From an uncultured bacterium (GTDB lineage: Bacteria > GCA-001730085), in contig CAZMGY010000012.1 of assembly GCA_964565945.1 (NCBI GenBank), positions 1,966 through 65,965 on the forward strand: a stretch of DNA of 64,000 nt, written 5' to 3'. The first letter of the stretch is position 1, and every line of letters starts with the position of its first letter. Below, piece after piece: positions 30,362-41,900 of this stretch. The position numbers were made by a program, and so were the translations under genes. Below the pieces are notes generated by a model. The model did not search any database. It had not been told where the DNA came from and was given only the letters and a program-made list of their open reading frames with translations.

Positions 30362-32236
30362 ATGAAAGGGTTAAAGGTGGATCTTGTGAAATGCTGGGTC
30401 ATTTTTATGACACTTTTTTGGGGTGTTGCACAGCTTTGGGCTGATGTAGCTATCAATTCCACATTGGATAAAGATGTGCTTTATATGGATCAAACTTTGC
30501 TGTATTCGGTTATTATTGTGACTGAGGGGGAGCAAATTGATCAGCCGATCATACCAATATTCAAAGGGTTTTCTTCGTGTCGTATTGTGGACACGAGTCA
30601 TGTTTCAATTATAAATGGCGTTAAAACACATCGTTATGATATTGTTTATCGTTTAACCCCCGAAGTGCCCGGTGTGTACCCTATTTCTCCGACAGTTGTG
30701 ATTGTCGAGGGAGAAAGGTATTTGTCTCCGCGTCTTTCAATTGAGGTTAAGGAAGGCTATAATCCTAATCCTCAAACATCGGTTCCAGGGACATCGAAGC
30801 GTTTGCTTCCCGATCGCAAAGGAGATTTTGACCATTACGAACGCAAGGTGGACTTGGCTTTTATTGAGCTGGATGTTGATAAAACCGAATGCTACATCAA
30901 TGAACAAATCACAATGATCTTTCGTTTTTATCGTCGTGTTCCTATTTTGGGGAATGTTGATTACGATTCTCCTAAATTGGAGGGGTTTTGGAAGGAAGAT
31001 ATCATTCCTCACAAAATGACTTACGAAGATAGGGAAGGTTTTCGTTACCATGTGACTCATATTCGTGCGGCGCTATTTCCTGTTCGAACGGGCAACTTAG
31101 AGATTGGTCCAGCGGTTTTGCGGTGCCGTTTAGCCGACCATTCGCGCCATGAGCGTCGTCGCTTAGATCTAGATAACTTTTTTGATAGCTTGCGCCGTTT
31201 CCATCAAGGGCAAGATGTGCGTTTAAGCACGAAGCCGATTAAGATCAATGTGAAGCTGTTGCCCGAAGAGGGTCAACCGAAAGATTTCTCTGGAGCTGTG
31301 GGAGCCTTTAGAATTAAAGCTCATTTGGATAATACGGATATTGCTATCGGGGATGCGGTTAATTTAAAAGTTGGAGTTGGCGGAAAAGGTTGGATTAAGG
31401 GGATTCCTATGCCCGAGCTGCCCCAGATGAATGGCTTACAGACTTATGCCACCGAGCCTAAATTTAAAAGTCTAAAAAAGCTGGATTTGTCGGTTGTTAG
31501 CCGTAACGACTACGAGATTACTATTGTTCCTCAAGAGGAAGGTGAATGGACGGTGCCGCCCTTAAGCTTTACCTTTTTTAATCCGAAAAAAGAACAATAT
31601 GTAACGGTCAAAACAAAACCTCTAACACTTCAGATTAAGCCTTCGGCAAATCCCGTGGTAAGTCAGGCTGTGATTGATTACAGTCAAGAAAGCGAAGATA
31701 ATGTGAGAGGTATACCTTTGGTGCAGCAAGATTCCTTGCGTTATTTGCAAACCAATTTAGGGGTGTCCGCACGACCGTGGGCTTTGCTTAATCTTTGGTT
31801 TTGTTTAGGAATGACTCTTTTAGGGCCGTTGCTGTATGTTTTCGTGCCTTGGTTGAAACAGCGTTCGCACTTGAAGGCAGGACAGTATTTGCAAAAGCAG
31901 TCCTGTAGCGTACTTAAACAGGTGAAGAAGTCTTTGAAAAATCTTTCTAAACAGACCGAAAATACCGAAGCGTATTATGCTGGGTTAAACGGGGTGGTGA
32001 GAAAGTACTTATCAGCTCGTTTGAGTTGTGCGGAACAAGGTTTGACGGGTGCAGATGCGAAACGTTTACTCCAAGAACGTCAGGTGAGTCAGGAGCTGAT
32101 CCAAGAGCTTGTAGATGTGATGAATCAGGCTGATCATGCACGTTTTGGAGGGGCTAACTTGATCGAAACAATGCAATGCGACTTGCTTAAAGTGGAACAA
32201 ATTTTAAACAGAATAGAAAAGGTATTAAAGTCATGA
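30362..32236 (+). CDS. batD: BatD-like protein (signal peptide, large extracytoplasmic domain, C-terminal TM anchor)
   Basis: 624 aa. Signal peptide '...GVAQLWA|DVA'. TM near the C-terminus 'WALLNLWFCLGMTLLGPLLYVFVPWL'. Size and position match BatD. Confidence 0.75.
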   Translation: MKGLKVDLVKCWVIFMTLFWGVAQLWADVAINSTLDKDVLYMDQTLLYSVIIVTEGEQIDQPIIPIFKGFSSCRIVDTSHVSIINGVKTHRYDIVYRLTPEVPGVYPISPTVVIVEGERYLSPRLSIEVKEGYNPNPQTSVPGTSKRLLPDRKGDFDHYERKVDLAFIELDVDKTECYINEQITMIFRFYRRVPILGNVDYDSPKLEGFWKEDIIPHKMTYEDREGFRYHVTHIRAALFPVRTGNLEIGPAVLRCRLADHSRHERRRLDLDNFFDSLRRFHQGQDVRLSTKPIKINVKLLPEEGQPKDFSGAVGAFRIKAHLDNTDIAIGDAVNLKVGVGGKGWIKGIPMPELPQMNGLQTYATEPKFKSLKKLDLSVVSRNDYEITIVPQEEGEWTVPPLSFTFFNPKKEQYVTVKTKPLTLQIKPSANPVVSQAVIDYSQESEDNVRGIPLVQQDSLRYLQTNLGVSARPWALLNLWFCLGMTLLGPLLYVFVPWLKQRSHLKAGQYLQKQSCSVLKQVKKSLKNLSKQTENTEAYYAGLNGVVRKYLSARLSCAEQGLTGADAKRLLQERQVSQELIQELVDVMNQADHARFGGANLIETMQCDLLKVEQILNRIEKVLKS

Positions 32237-33009
32237 AACGATGGGGATTTTTGGGGCTTTGGTTTTTGTGCATGATTGGCTGGGGTTGGAGTGCCGAAGA
32301 GGATTATCAAAGTTACTTTGAGCAGGGGGAGTCTTTTTATCAAAACAATCAGTTTGATAAGGCCGTTGAACAGTACACCATTCTCTTGGATAAGGGCTAC
32401 GAAAATGTCGCTGTTTGGTATAACTTAGGGACATCTTATGTGGCTCAAAACCATTATGGGTGGGCCATTTGGGCTTTTGAAAAAGCACGTTTGTACAATC
32501 GTTCCGATCAACATGTTGTGGACAATTTGAACTATGCTTTGGACAAAGTTGGCTTAGAAAGACGTGTACAAATAGGGCCAGTTGAAGAGATGCTTTGGGG
32601 AGCTGTTTATGCATTGCCTTGGAGTTATTGGGCACTTATGGTTATTGGGGGTTATTTACTTTTCTGGTTGACTGCTTTGGCTCGAAAGTTGAATTGGCGC
32701 TTATTGAAAAGTTATGGATTAAGCTTTGTGAGCGTTTTTTTGTGTCTGTTTGCTACTATTAATGTGTCTTTACAATGCTATTATTTTTATACCCCAAAAA
32801 AAGGTGTTGTTGTGGCGCCCAAGAAAGTTCTTAGAGGAGGGCCATCTGAGGGTTTTTCTTCAGTGGGGGTCATTCCAGAAGGGGCACTGTGTCAGATTGT
32901 GCAAAACGAGGGGTCGTGGTTCGAAGTGGAAGCTGCTGGAGGAGAACAGGGTTGGCTTCTTAGCGTTGAGGGCTTTAAAGTTTTGTCGAATGAAAGGGTG
33001 ATTATGTGA
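32233..33009 (+). CDS. batE: BatE-like TPR + SH3b-domain protein
   Basis: 258 aa. ATGA overlap with batD. Signal peptide, TPR motifs (AVEQYTILLDKGYENVAVWYNLGTSY...), a TM helix, then a C-terminal SH3-like segment (GSWFEVEAAGGEQGWL). Confidence 0.75.
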   Translation: MKRWGFLGLWFLCMIGWGWSAEEDYQSYFEQGESFYQNNQFDKAVEQYTILLDKGYENVAVWYNLGTSYVAQNHYGWAIWAFEKARLYNRSDQHVVDNLNYALDKVGLERRVQIGPVEEMLWGAVYALPWSYWALMVIGGYLLFWLTALARKLNWRLLKSYGLSFVSVFLCLFATINVSLQCYYFYTPKKGVVVAPKKVLRGGPSEGFSSVGVIPEGALCQIVQNEGSWFEVEAAGGEQGWLLSVEGFKVLSNERVIM

Positions 33010-34367
33010 AAATTATTATTATGGGTGCTGGGTCGTTTGGTTTTTATATTGCCGAACGTCTTATCCAAGAAGAGCACAATATCGTTGTTATTGATAAGAA
33101 GACAGCTGTTTTGAAGAAATTCAATGAGAATTATGATGTCTTAACTATTCAAGGAAACGGAGCTTCGGCCGATATTTTGCAAAGAGCAGACATTGAACAC
33201 GCTGATATGTTGTTGGCTTTGAGTAACTCTGATGAAGCAAATATTGTGGCATGCACGATGGCCCGTTACTACGGCGTTCAGAAAAAAATTGCACGAATCA
33301 CGAATAATGTTGAACTTTATTTTCCGATCAACTCCGAAGAATATTTGATGCGCATGGGAATAGATTTTATTGTTGATCCCGATTATTCCTGTGCGCAAGA
33401 GTTTTATAATTCGATTATTTCCACGGGCATCACCGAACAATTGAGTTTTGCTTGTGGAGATGTGAGTTTGGGTGGGTTTCGTGTTCCCAAAAATCATCCT
33501 TTTGCCAGAGTTAAGCTTAAGGATATGGAGGATATCGAAGACCAGGAAATACGTTTTGTGGCTTTTTCCAAAGGGGGGCATGTTTGCATTCCGCGTGGTG
33601 AGGATTATTTCGAAGAAGGCGATGAGATTTTTTTCATATGTGTGCGTGAAAAACTGTCGATCTTGATGAATTGGCTCAAAATTGCTTTGCATCTGCCCAA
33701 AAAAGTGGTGATTGTGGGAGGAAATGCGGTTGGCTTTCATTTGGCTCAAATGTTAGAAAGACAAAAAATTGAGGTCAAAATGATTGAGCCCGATGAGGCT
33801 CAGGCGTCTCAAATTTCAGATCATTTGTCGAAAACAATTGTTTTTCATGGGGCACCAACTGATCCCGATTTGCTAGAGCAATTGAATTTGCCCGACGTTG
33901 ATGCTTTTGTGACTGTGACAGATAATGACGAAAACAATATCTTGTCCTGTGTCTTAACCAAACAAATGTTAGTGAAAAAAACTTATTGTTTAGTTAAAAA
34001 ATCTGAATATATTGATTTACTTCCAACAATGATGAAGATTGATGGTGTGGTTAATGTTAAGCGAGTCGTGATTAATACCATTGTTCGTTTTTTACGCAAA
34101 AGCAGCGTTGCGTCTGCGGCCACCTTACGAGACATTGACGCAGAAGTGATTGAAATCATTATTAATCAAGATTCTAAAGTTTTGAATAAAAAAATTTCGG
34201 ATCTCGATTTTCCTTCGGGAGCGATCATCGGTGCGCTTATCCATAATGGCAAAGTCATGTTTGCTAAGGGGAGCCAGGTTATTTCTTTGCATGATCGTCT
34301 TGTGGTATTTTATTTGCCACACGTCCAAAAACGTATCAATTCTATTTTTGGGAAAAAAGTTCTGTGA
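33006..34367 (+). CDS. trkA: Trk K+ uptake system NAD-binding subunit
   Basis: 453 aa. Two RCK_N Rossmann motifs ('IIIMGAGSFG', 'VVIVGGNAVG'), each followed by RCK_C. ATGA overlap with batE. Confidence 0.9.
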   Translation: MKIIIMGAGSFGFYIAERLIQEEHNIVVIDKKTAVLKKFNENYDVLTIQGNGASADILQRADIEHADMLLALSNSDEANIVACTMARYYGVQKKIARITNNVELYFPINSEEYLMRMGIDFIVDPDYSCAQEFYNSIISTGITEQLSFACGDVSLGGFRVPKNHPFARVKLKDMEDIEDQEIRFVAFSKGGHVCIPRGEDYFEEGDEIFFICVREKLSILMNWLKIALHLPKKVVIVGGNAVGFHLAQMLERQKIEVKMIEPDEAQASQISDHLSKTIVFHGAPTDPDLLEQLNLPDVDAFVTVTDNDENNILSCVLTKQMLVKKTYCLVKKSEYIDLLPTMMKIDGVVNVKRVVINTIVRFLRKSSVASAATLRDIDAEVIEIIINQDSKVLNKKISDLDFPSGAIIGALIHNGKVMFAKGSQVISLHDRLVVFYLPHVQKRINSIFGKKVL

Positions 34368-34368
34368 T

Positions 34369-35811
34369 ATGAGAATGAATCATATTGCTCATATTTTAGG
34401 TATTGTGACCATTTTTATGGCACTGGCTATGATTCCAGCAGGTGTTTTGGCTTGGTTTGATCAGGAAGCTTCATGCTATCTGTGGGGAGGCTATACCGTT
34501 ATTTTGCTTGTGCTGGGATTGGTGGTCAATCGGGTGTTCAAGATGCAAAAGGAGCTGAGTTATCGCGAAGGTTTTGCGGTTGTTAGTTTTAGCTGGTTGA
34601 TTTTAGGTCTATGGGGGGCTGTTCCTTACCTTTTTACGGGGGTGTTTGATCAGTTCATACCTGCTTTTTTTGAGTCGGCCTCGGGGTTTACCACAACTGG
34701 AGCCACAGCTATTACCGATATTGAAATTTTGCCTCGCAGTATTTTGCTCTGGAGGAGTCTGACACACTGGTTTGGGGGTATGGGGGTGATTGTTTTGTCG
34801 GTGTCTATCTTGCCATTGTTGGGTGTGGGAGGGATGCAGCTGTTTCGCGCCGAAACTCCTGGTCCTGTCACCGATAAATTGACTCCGAGGATTGCTTCGA
34901 CAGCTAAAATTTTGTGGAGAATATACCTTTTATTCACGGTGGTGCAAATGGGGCTTTTGTATTGGTGCGGAATGTCGTGGTTTGATTCGATTTGTCATAC
35001 GTTTAGTACCTTGGCTACTGGTGGCTTTTCGACCAGAAATGCCAGTTTGATCGCTTACCAAAGCCCTGCCATCGAGGGTGTGACAACCGTGTTTATGATT
35101 TTGGCTGGCATTAACTTTTCGTTGCATTATCGGATGTTGCGTGGGGATTGGAGAGCCTATGGCAAAAATAGCGAATTAAAGTTTTATTTAACGATTTTAT
35201 TAATTTCATTTTTGGCCATTACCTGGAATACCTATGGATCCATTTACGATAATTTGTGGGAAACGATTCGTTTTGTTGGCTTTCAGATTGTATCTCTATC
35301 GACAACAACGGGTTTTGTGACTGCTGACTTTAACCTTTGGCCTAGTTTTTCCCAAGTGATTTTGGTGGGCTTGATGATTATGGGGGCTTGTGCTGGTTCA
35401 ACTGGGGGTGGGACCAAGGTTATTCGTGTGTTACTCGTTATGAAATATGGAGTTAGAGAGTTGCGCCGTCTGTTGCATCCTCGCGCGGTGTTTCAACTTA
35501 AATTGCGTGGTCAGACGGTTCCGAAAGAGACCGTGCAAGGGGTTTTGGGGTTATTTGTTTTTTCTGTGTTTCTCCTGATGGGAGCCACCGTCGTGATGGC
35601 TTTTTTTGGTCTGGACATTGTTACAGCGACCACATCGGTGATTGCTTGCTTGTGGAATATTGGTCCAGGTTTGGCCAAGGTGGGGGCTGTTGAAAATTAT
35701 GCCCATATTCCCAATTTGGGTAAACTATTTTTGTCGGGTTGTATGATTATGGGACGTCTCGAAGTGTTCACCGTGATCATTTTGCTCTCGCCTGAGTTTT
35801 GGCGAAGATAG
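34369..35811 (+). CDS. trkH: Trk K+ uptake system membrane subunit
   Basis: The ORF track start 34231 overlaps trkA by 136 nt. The ATG at 34369, 1 nt after the trkA TGA, gives a 480-aa TrkH-length protein with repeated pore-loop motifs ('GFTTTGAT', 'LATGGFSTRN', 'TTTGFVTAD', 'GSTGGGTKVIR'). Confidence 0.9.
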   Translation: MRMNHIAHILGIVTIFMALAMIPAGVLAWFDQEASCYLWGGYTVILLVLGLVVNRVFKMQKELSYREGFAVVSFSWLILGLWGAVPYLFTGVFDQFIPAFFESASGFTTTGATAITDIEILPRSILLWRSLTHWFGGMGVIVLSVSILPLLGVGGMQLFRAETPGPVTDKLTPRIASTAKILWRIYLLFTVVQMGLLYWCGMSWFDSICHTFSTLATGGFSTRNASLIAYQSPAIEGVTTVFMILAGINFSLHYRMLRGDWRAYGKNSELKFYLTILLISFLAITWNTYGSIYDNLWETIRFVGFQIVSLSTTTGFVTADFNLWPSFSQVILVGLMIMGACAGSTGGGTKVIRVLLVMKYGVRELRRLLHPRAVFQLKLRGQTVPKETVQGVLGLFVFSVFLLMGATVVMAFFGLDIVTATTSVIACLWNIGPGLAKVGAVENYAHIPNLGKLFLSGCMIMGRLEVFTVIILLSPEFWRR

Positions 35812-35847
35812 CAGCTTTAATTAAAGGTTAACAAATAGATTTGAATC

Positions 35848-35877
35848 TTGACTTTTTTGGAGGACTTGAGCTATAAT
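35848..35877 (+). promoter_or_regulatory. sigma70-like promoter for the giant gene (-35 TTGACT, 18-nt spacer, -10 TATAAT)
   Basis: TTGACT at 35848-35853 and TATAAT at 35872-35877, about 65 nt upstream of the giant ORF ATG. GGAG RBS at 35931-35934. Confidence 0.5.
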
Positions 35878-35942
35878 GTACGTTAAGCAGTAGTATTTTT
35901 GCAAGATAATCAATATTGGCGGTAACTGTAGGAGCAGATCAT

Positions 35943-38900
35943 ATGCAAAAAGTTCAAGATAAATCACGAATCCTGGCACAGTCGCGATTATCTTCCTTCA
36001 TGAAGGTAATGTCATTGTTAGTTGTTGAGTTTTTTATAGCAACGTCAATGGATTTGGCTTACGCACAGTATTCAGCTCCCAGTGCGATTCGCAATGCCTC
36101 GCATGGATCAAACTATTTGCGTGGTCTCAATTTACATCAAGAAAGACAACGACGCAAGAAACTTAAAAAGCGTCGTGATCAGCATAGTTCTCAACGCAAT
36201 CGTGCTATTTCGGGTTTAACCCAGCAGTCCTTGGCTCATAAGTTACAGTCTTTTGGAGCGGAGGCACTTTATCAATTTGAAGAAATGCGAGCAGTGGCAG
36301 AACAAGCGACTCAGACACTTGATGATGCCCTTAAAAATTTAACGGCCTTTGTTGAGCCCGATAAAGATGGCATTGGGGTTAGACATTATCGTCTCGGTCG
36401 TTTGGATAAACTTGAAAACGTTTACGAAAATAATGCGGATGGATCTGCTTATCGTCGTACAGTGCTATTCAATTATGTCGATGACGGCGACCCCGATTCG
36501 GAAATAGCGTCTTACGTCGAGATGCGCCAATCAGTTTTTGTTGATGAATCGGGTCAAGAGTATTTAAGTGGTATTTATTCGAGTACAGAATGGAGGGGGC
36601 GTTACGATTCTGATGGTAATCTTGCTGAGTTTACGCGTGTGGATACCGATGATTTTGGTGAGGTGGTGACAACACGCTGGGAAGCTATGATTCACGATGA
36701 AAAAGGACAAGCGTTGACGCATGACGAAGATGGACAAGAAATTAAATATTTCGATGAGCGTGGCAATGTTTTAGGATACACCGAAATGATCACTGACTCC
36801 GAAGGGAACACAACTTCTACTGTACGATCTCCCTTCTATACGTCATACGATGACGTGGAGGATCGGGTAACATCGTTTCTGGATATTTATACCGATGAGT
36901 ATGGTCATAAAACGCAAACACATATGACGGAAATGGATTACGTGACGTTGGATGATTTAGGACATTATCGTAGTGAAATCACTGACTTGGATACGAAAAA
37001 AATGACAACGGTGATCTATGATGCGACTTATATGAGCCAGCGAGATGGTGGAACTGGAAACCGTGTGATTCAGTCGTCGGAGGTTCGAATAAATCACCGT
37101 GGAGAGAAAAATACCACCTTATGGGTTTTGGGAGATAAGGGGTATGACAAGTATGGAAATGCCCTAAGCTACGAGAAAAGAATCACTTCCGCTGATGGGC
37201 GTTACGAAGTTGAGCGTTGGGATAATGGTCAATTCCATCATGGAAACCTCTTGTCCTATGATAGTGAGCGAGAGCTGTTCAATGCTTTAGGTCAATTGAT
37301 TGAGCGTGAGAAAGTACTCTCGTACGAAGCTTTTTACGATGGTCGCGGTAATCTCATTGACTATATAAGGGAGTCGACTATCACTACTTATCGCGATGTG
37401 ATCGAGGAAAACCTTCTCGATTATTTGTGGGAGGACTTTTCTGAAACTATGGAAAGTTTAGACCAAGAAGGTCAACGTCAGTTTTTGATTTCACAAGGAG
37501 TTGATATTTCTGATGAGGAGTGGGAGATTTTGGACCAAGATATTTGGGATCGTGAAACCCTGCGCGAAAAAATTTCTCGTTTTGTTGAGCAGGTGGTCGA
37601 TTTAGTTAAATGGGAGTTGATTTCTCAGTCGGCCTGGGATGCATACAGCTTGGAGCAAAAACGAGCCTTTTTGGCTGAAACTGATTTTGTGATTGATGAT
37701 GTTTCTTGGTCAGGTTTAACAGAAGAAGCGAAGTTGAATTTGGTAAATGAGCGTAAAAATCAACGGATTGAGCAACACCAGTTGAGCATCTTAGATCAAG
37801 CTTTGGACAATTATCGAGCGGACGAACGCGCCAAGTTGATTGACGAGAAAAGTGTTGAATATGCAACGCTTGTTTTGAAACGAACTGATACAGTTATTTC
37901 GTCAGGTTTGTGGAATCAGTTGACCAATTTTCAGAAACAAATTTTTCTTAATGCCCGCTCGATTGAAACGGCAGATAATTTTTTCGATTTAGACACAGAG
38001 GCTCAATTTGAAAGTTTACCAAGGCATTACCGCGGAAAGTATCGCGAGCAAGATCATGTGGTTGTCACCTCTGAGGTCACAGAGCATTGGCATAAAGCTA
38101 AGTACAGTGATAACGATTTGCTGTTGTACAATGAGCAAGTGACCGACACGAATGTTTATCGCGAAGAAGGAGATGCTCGTGAATTGATCCAGAAGACCAA
38201 GGAAACAAATATTCGAAATGCTCAGATGGATGACTCCTATGCGAAAGGTCGTTTGCAGCATTACAAAGATTACAATTATGTCGAATACAGAGACCAGGAA
38301 AATGAGTCGGTTCAATCAACGTTTTCTGAAAACGAAACCCGCGTTTTAAGCTTTAATTCGCGCCGTGCAGCTACGGCATACGAAACAGAAAGTCGTGTGG
38401 TTAAAGACCTGTATGCACGTGATGATGTGCAAACGGCCATTGAAAAGTTATTCTCAGAAGATATGTATGAGCTTGCCAAACTTGTCAAAAGCTTATCGGT
38501 GGGTGAGTTTAATACCATGTTTAGGGGCTTTGATTACTTGAATGAACGTTTCAATGCTTACCCGAACTATAGCCAGTTTCTTAAAGTTGTTGATGATAAT
38601 TCTGAACTTTTGAAAAATTTGCAAGATGAAATCAAAACGAAGGGTTTGCCAGGTTCTTTACAGTTTAATTTTGCCAAAATGATGAGCAGTTTAAGCTTCG
38701 CCAACTTTCCAGACTTTGCCAAGGTTATGACTGATCTTCCAGCAACAACTGAGACATCTTTGCGACGAGAGAATATCGTGTTCGATATTGATAATCGCAT
38801 GATGGGTTATGAGGAAAGCGGTACGAATGAGGACGGCCAAGATTACACCACGCAGATGTACGATATCAAGTACGACGGCCGTGGCTTAATGTCCGAATAC

Positions 38901-41900
38901 GGCAACAGTTCTACGGTTGAAGGTGTTCGTACTGATGTTCATCGTTTCAATATGGCTTATGATTTGCAAGATCGAGCTTTGGGTTACACCGAAGAGATTT
39001 ATTCTCAAGGTGAATTTAATGTGGTACAGATGAAGCAAATGGTGTATGACTTTGCCCAACGTTTGTCGGGTTATGAGCGTTATGTTTTTGGTGAAACTGG
39101 TCAACAGGTGTCTTGGGAACGTCAAAGTGATATGGTCTATGATAACCTAGACAACGTCTTATCCTACAATGCTCATCGAGTGAGTGGTGGACAAGAGTCT
39201 GTTGATATTCGATGGGAGGCCGTTGTTTTTGATGCCCAAGGTCGTGTCATAGAAGGATCTCCCTACAATGAAGATGGTCGTATTTTAGGTTTTCGCGAAA
39301 CGGGTGTTGATGTGGCGACACAGCGGCGTTACGAAGTTGTTTCTAGCGGCTATGAGTATTCTGTGGTACCTGAAAAAATGAACCGTGCTGTGCTCTCTTA
39401 CAACACCCAACGCAATGAATACGACTCTCAAGGGACTTTGATGGAAACCGAAAATGTGATTTGGTCCGCTAAGGTTAATGAAAAGAATCAGTCCTATGTG
39501 AATGGACAAGTGGTTGGTTATATCGAAGAGTCAACCAATAGCGTGGATGGCAAGCATAAGACAGATGTTCAGAATAGTTATGATGAACGTGGTAATCGTG
39601 TGGGCGTGGATACATCGATCCATTTTTATACTTTTATGGGAGCAAAAAACCGAGTTGAAAAAAGCGTTTGGGAAGGTGATTACGACGAAGATGGTCTCTT
39701 GGTAAATTCACGTCAGTCCTCGACGGTTAACGGTGTTGCTGTTGATACGATTTCTTATAGTGGGGAATCTTTGGAGCAATATGTGATGGCTTTGGAACAA
39801 GGCCTGTACACGATTGATTTGCGCTATCTTCTGAATGATATTAGTGGCGATGGAAGTGTTGATGCGGTTGACGTGGCTGTTTTTACCCAAAAATCCTATC
39901 AAGAGTTTTTGCAAGCTGTGCTCAATGATACGTTAACTCTTTCTGCCTTAGAGCAGGCGGTTAACCTTTATATTAGCGATGATGCTTTACATAAGAGCAG
40001 TTTGGTGGACATGATTCAATTGATGAAGCGGGGCGAGGGTGACCAAATGTCTCAAACAGAGATGATCCAGGATATTTTGAAATTTTTGATCAAAGATAGT
40101 AATGGCGATGGTCAAATTGATGCGGTGGATGTACGTTTTATGACTGAACCCGCTTTAAGCATGTTATTAAATGACACTTTAGCTCAATCTAAGTCTGTAG
40201 GAGATTTGGCGCAAGATTTTCTTAAGCTTTACCTGACTGATCGTAATGGAGATCAGAGGATTACTTCCGATGATTTGCAAAATGATGACCAAATTCGAAC
40301 CACGATCAACACTGTCCTGAAAGATCGCTGGACGGAGAGTGTGCGCGAAAATATTTCTTACAAAGAATTGAGCTTTCGTCGCGTGAGAGATGGTCAAGTG
40401 GTTGTTGAAAAGGTTCGTATTGGAAATCCGGTCACCTATCGAGAAATCACACGTCGTGCTGAGTCTCCACAGCTTTGGCAAGTGAGTGATGTGAGCGACA
40501 TCAGTTTGGACGGTGATGGGACAATGTTGAATTATACATCGATGATTCAGAACATCGAAACAATTGACGACAAAAGTTTGCTTAATTTTAGCTGGGGAAA
40601 AGTGAGTGCCAATATTGATCAATACGCCGATCCTGAGGGTGTTCGAACTTGGGAACTTCGTCGATACAAAACCCTCCAAAGAAATGCTCGTGGTTTTGTG
40701 ACACGATACAGTGAACGACGGACGGAGCCACAAACAGATCCTCAAAAGGTACAAAGCTTTGAGGCAACGCCTCTTGTGATTGATATCCACTGGTCGGGAA
40801 CGTATCGAAATGGTCAGATGTTTACTTTTAACGAATCTAAGAGACGTCGTGGGGAGGTGTTTGTTAAAAATCACTATCAAGGCAAAGATTTATTGCAGAT
40901 GATGGAGTCTTTAGTGGAACAAAAAAGCTACAATGTTTATTTTGATTTGGTTAAATCAGATGGACAAGCTGGAGTCGATGCGAAGATTACTCAAGAAGAT
41001 CTGGACTATTTAAGGAAACATTTGCTTCGAGACCCTAACTATATTATTGAGTGGGTTGAAAGCGATTCGTTAGACGTTTTTTCGAGAGATGAGCGTGTTT
41101 ATACCTTATATAACACCTTAGGTCAGGTGACTGGTTTTCAAACCCGCAGTTTCAATTCGGCGTCGCCTCGCAAAGAAACCATTTTGACACGTTCCAATAT
41201 TATGACAAACGATTTGGGTCTCGAAATGTCCTTTAACGAACATGTTCAAAAAAAAGGCGAGGGAAGTCAATTTTGGATTGATAGCAGTGAAGCCAATTTG
41301 CCAACTGAGTGGGCTACCCTGACTCTTGATGAAAAACGTCAGCTTTTACGGGGAGAAACCATGGTTCTCAATGGGCGCAATGTTTCTTTGGTCAAGATAG
41401 GGACATCGCATATTTATAAAGATATCTATACGTTTCAGGCCAACACTGTTTATGATTACGCTGGTCGAGTGAAGGGTTTCACGCGATCTGATCGTGAAAT
41501 GGGCCAGAATCAACAAGGCTGGCGTGTGTTAGATGTGTTTAATGTTACCGAGCGTCGAGATATGGCTTATGATAAAGCTGGTCGCTTAAGCACTTTTACC
41601 GAAACTCGCCGTTTGGGGCAGGCTCCAGATGTGATTGAAACCATTGAACGACTCAGCACGGAGTATAACGACGCAGGTTATGTGGATGCTTTTGAGCAGG
41701 TTGAATCTCGCAAAGGAGAGCAACAGGAAACACGGGTTCCTTTCGGGGCCTTGCCTGCTTTTTTGAAAAAAAATGCCCTTTTAACGCCGGCGCAGATTGC
41801 AGCTATTTATAGTGGTCAGCGCGTAGATATTTCTGAAGTTGTTAATGAGAATCGCGACTTGTTTGCTGATATGGATGGCTTAGAGCAAGTGGGCGACAGT

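Noticed and set aside
40179-40880. 233-aa minus-strand ORF, with dozens of shorter minus-strand ORFs across 36-64 kb
   Set aside because: All lie antisense to the continuously open frame-0 giant ORF. No motifs, no RBS context. This is the classic shadow-ORF pattern in a long coding region.
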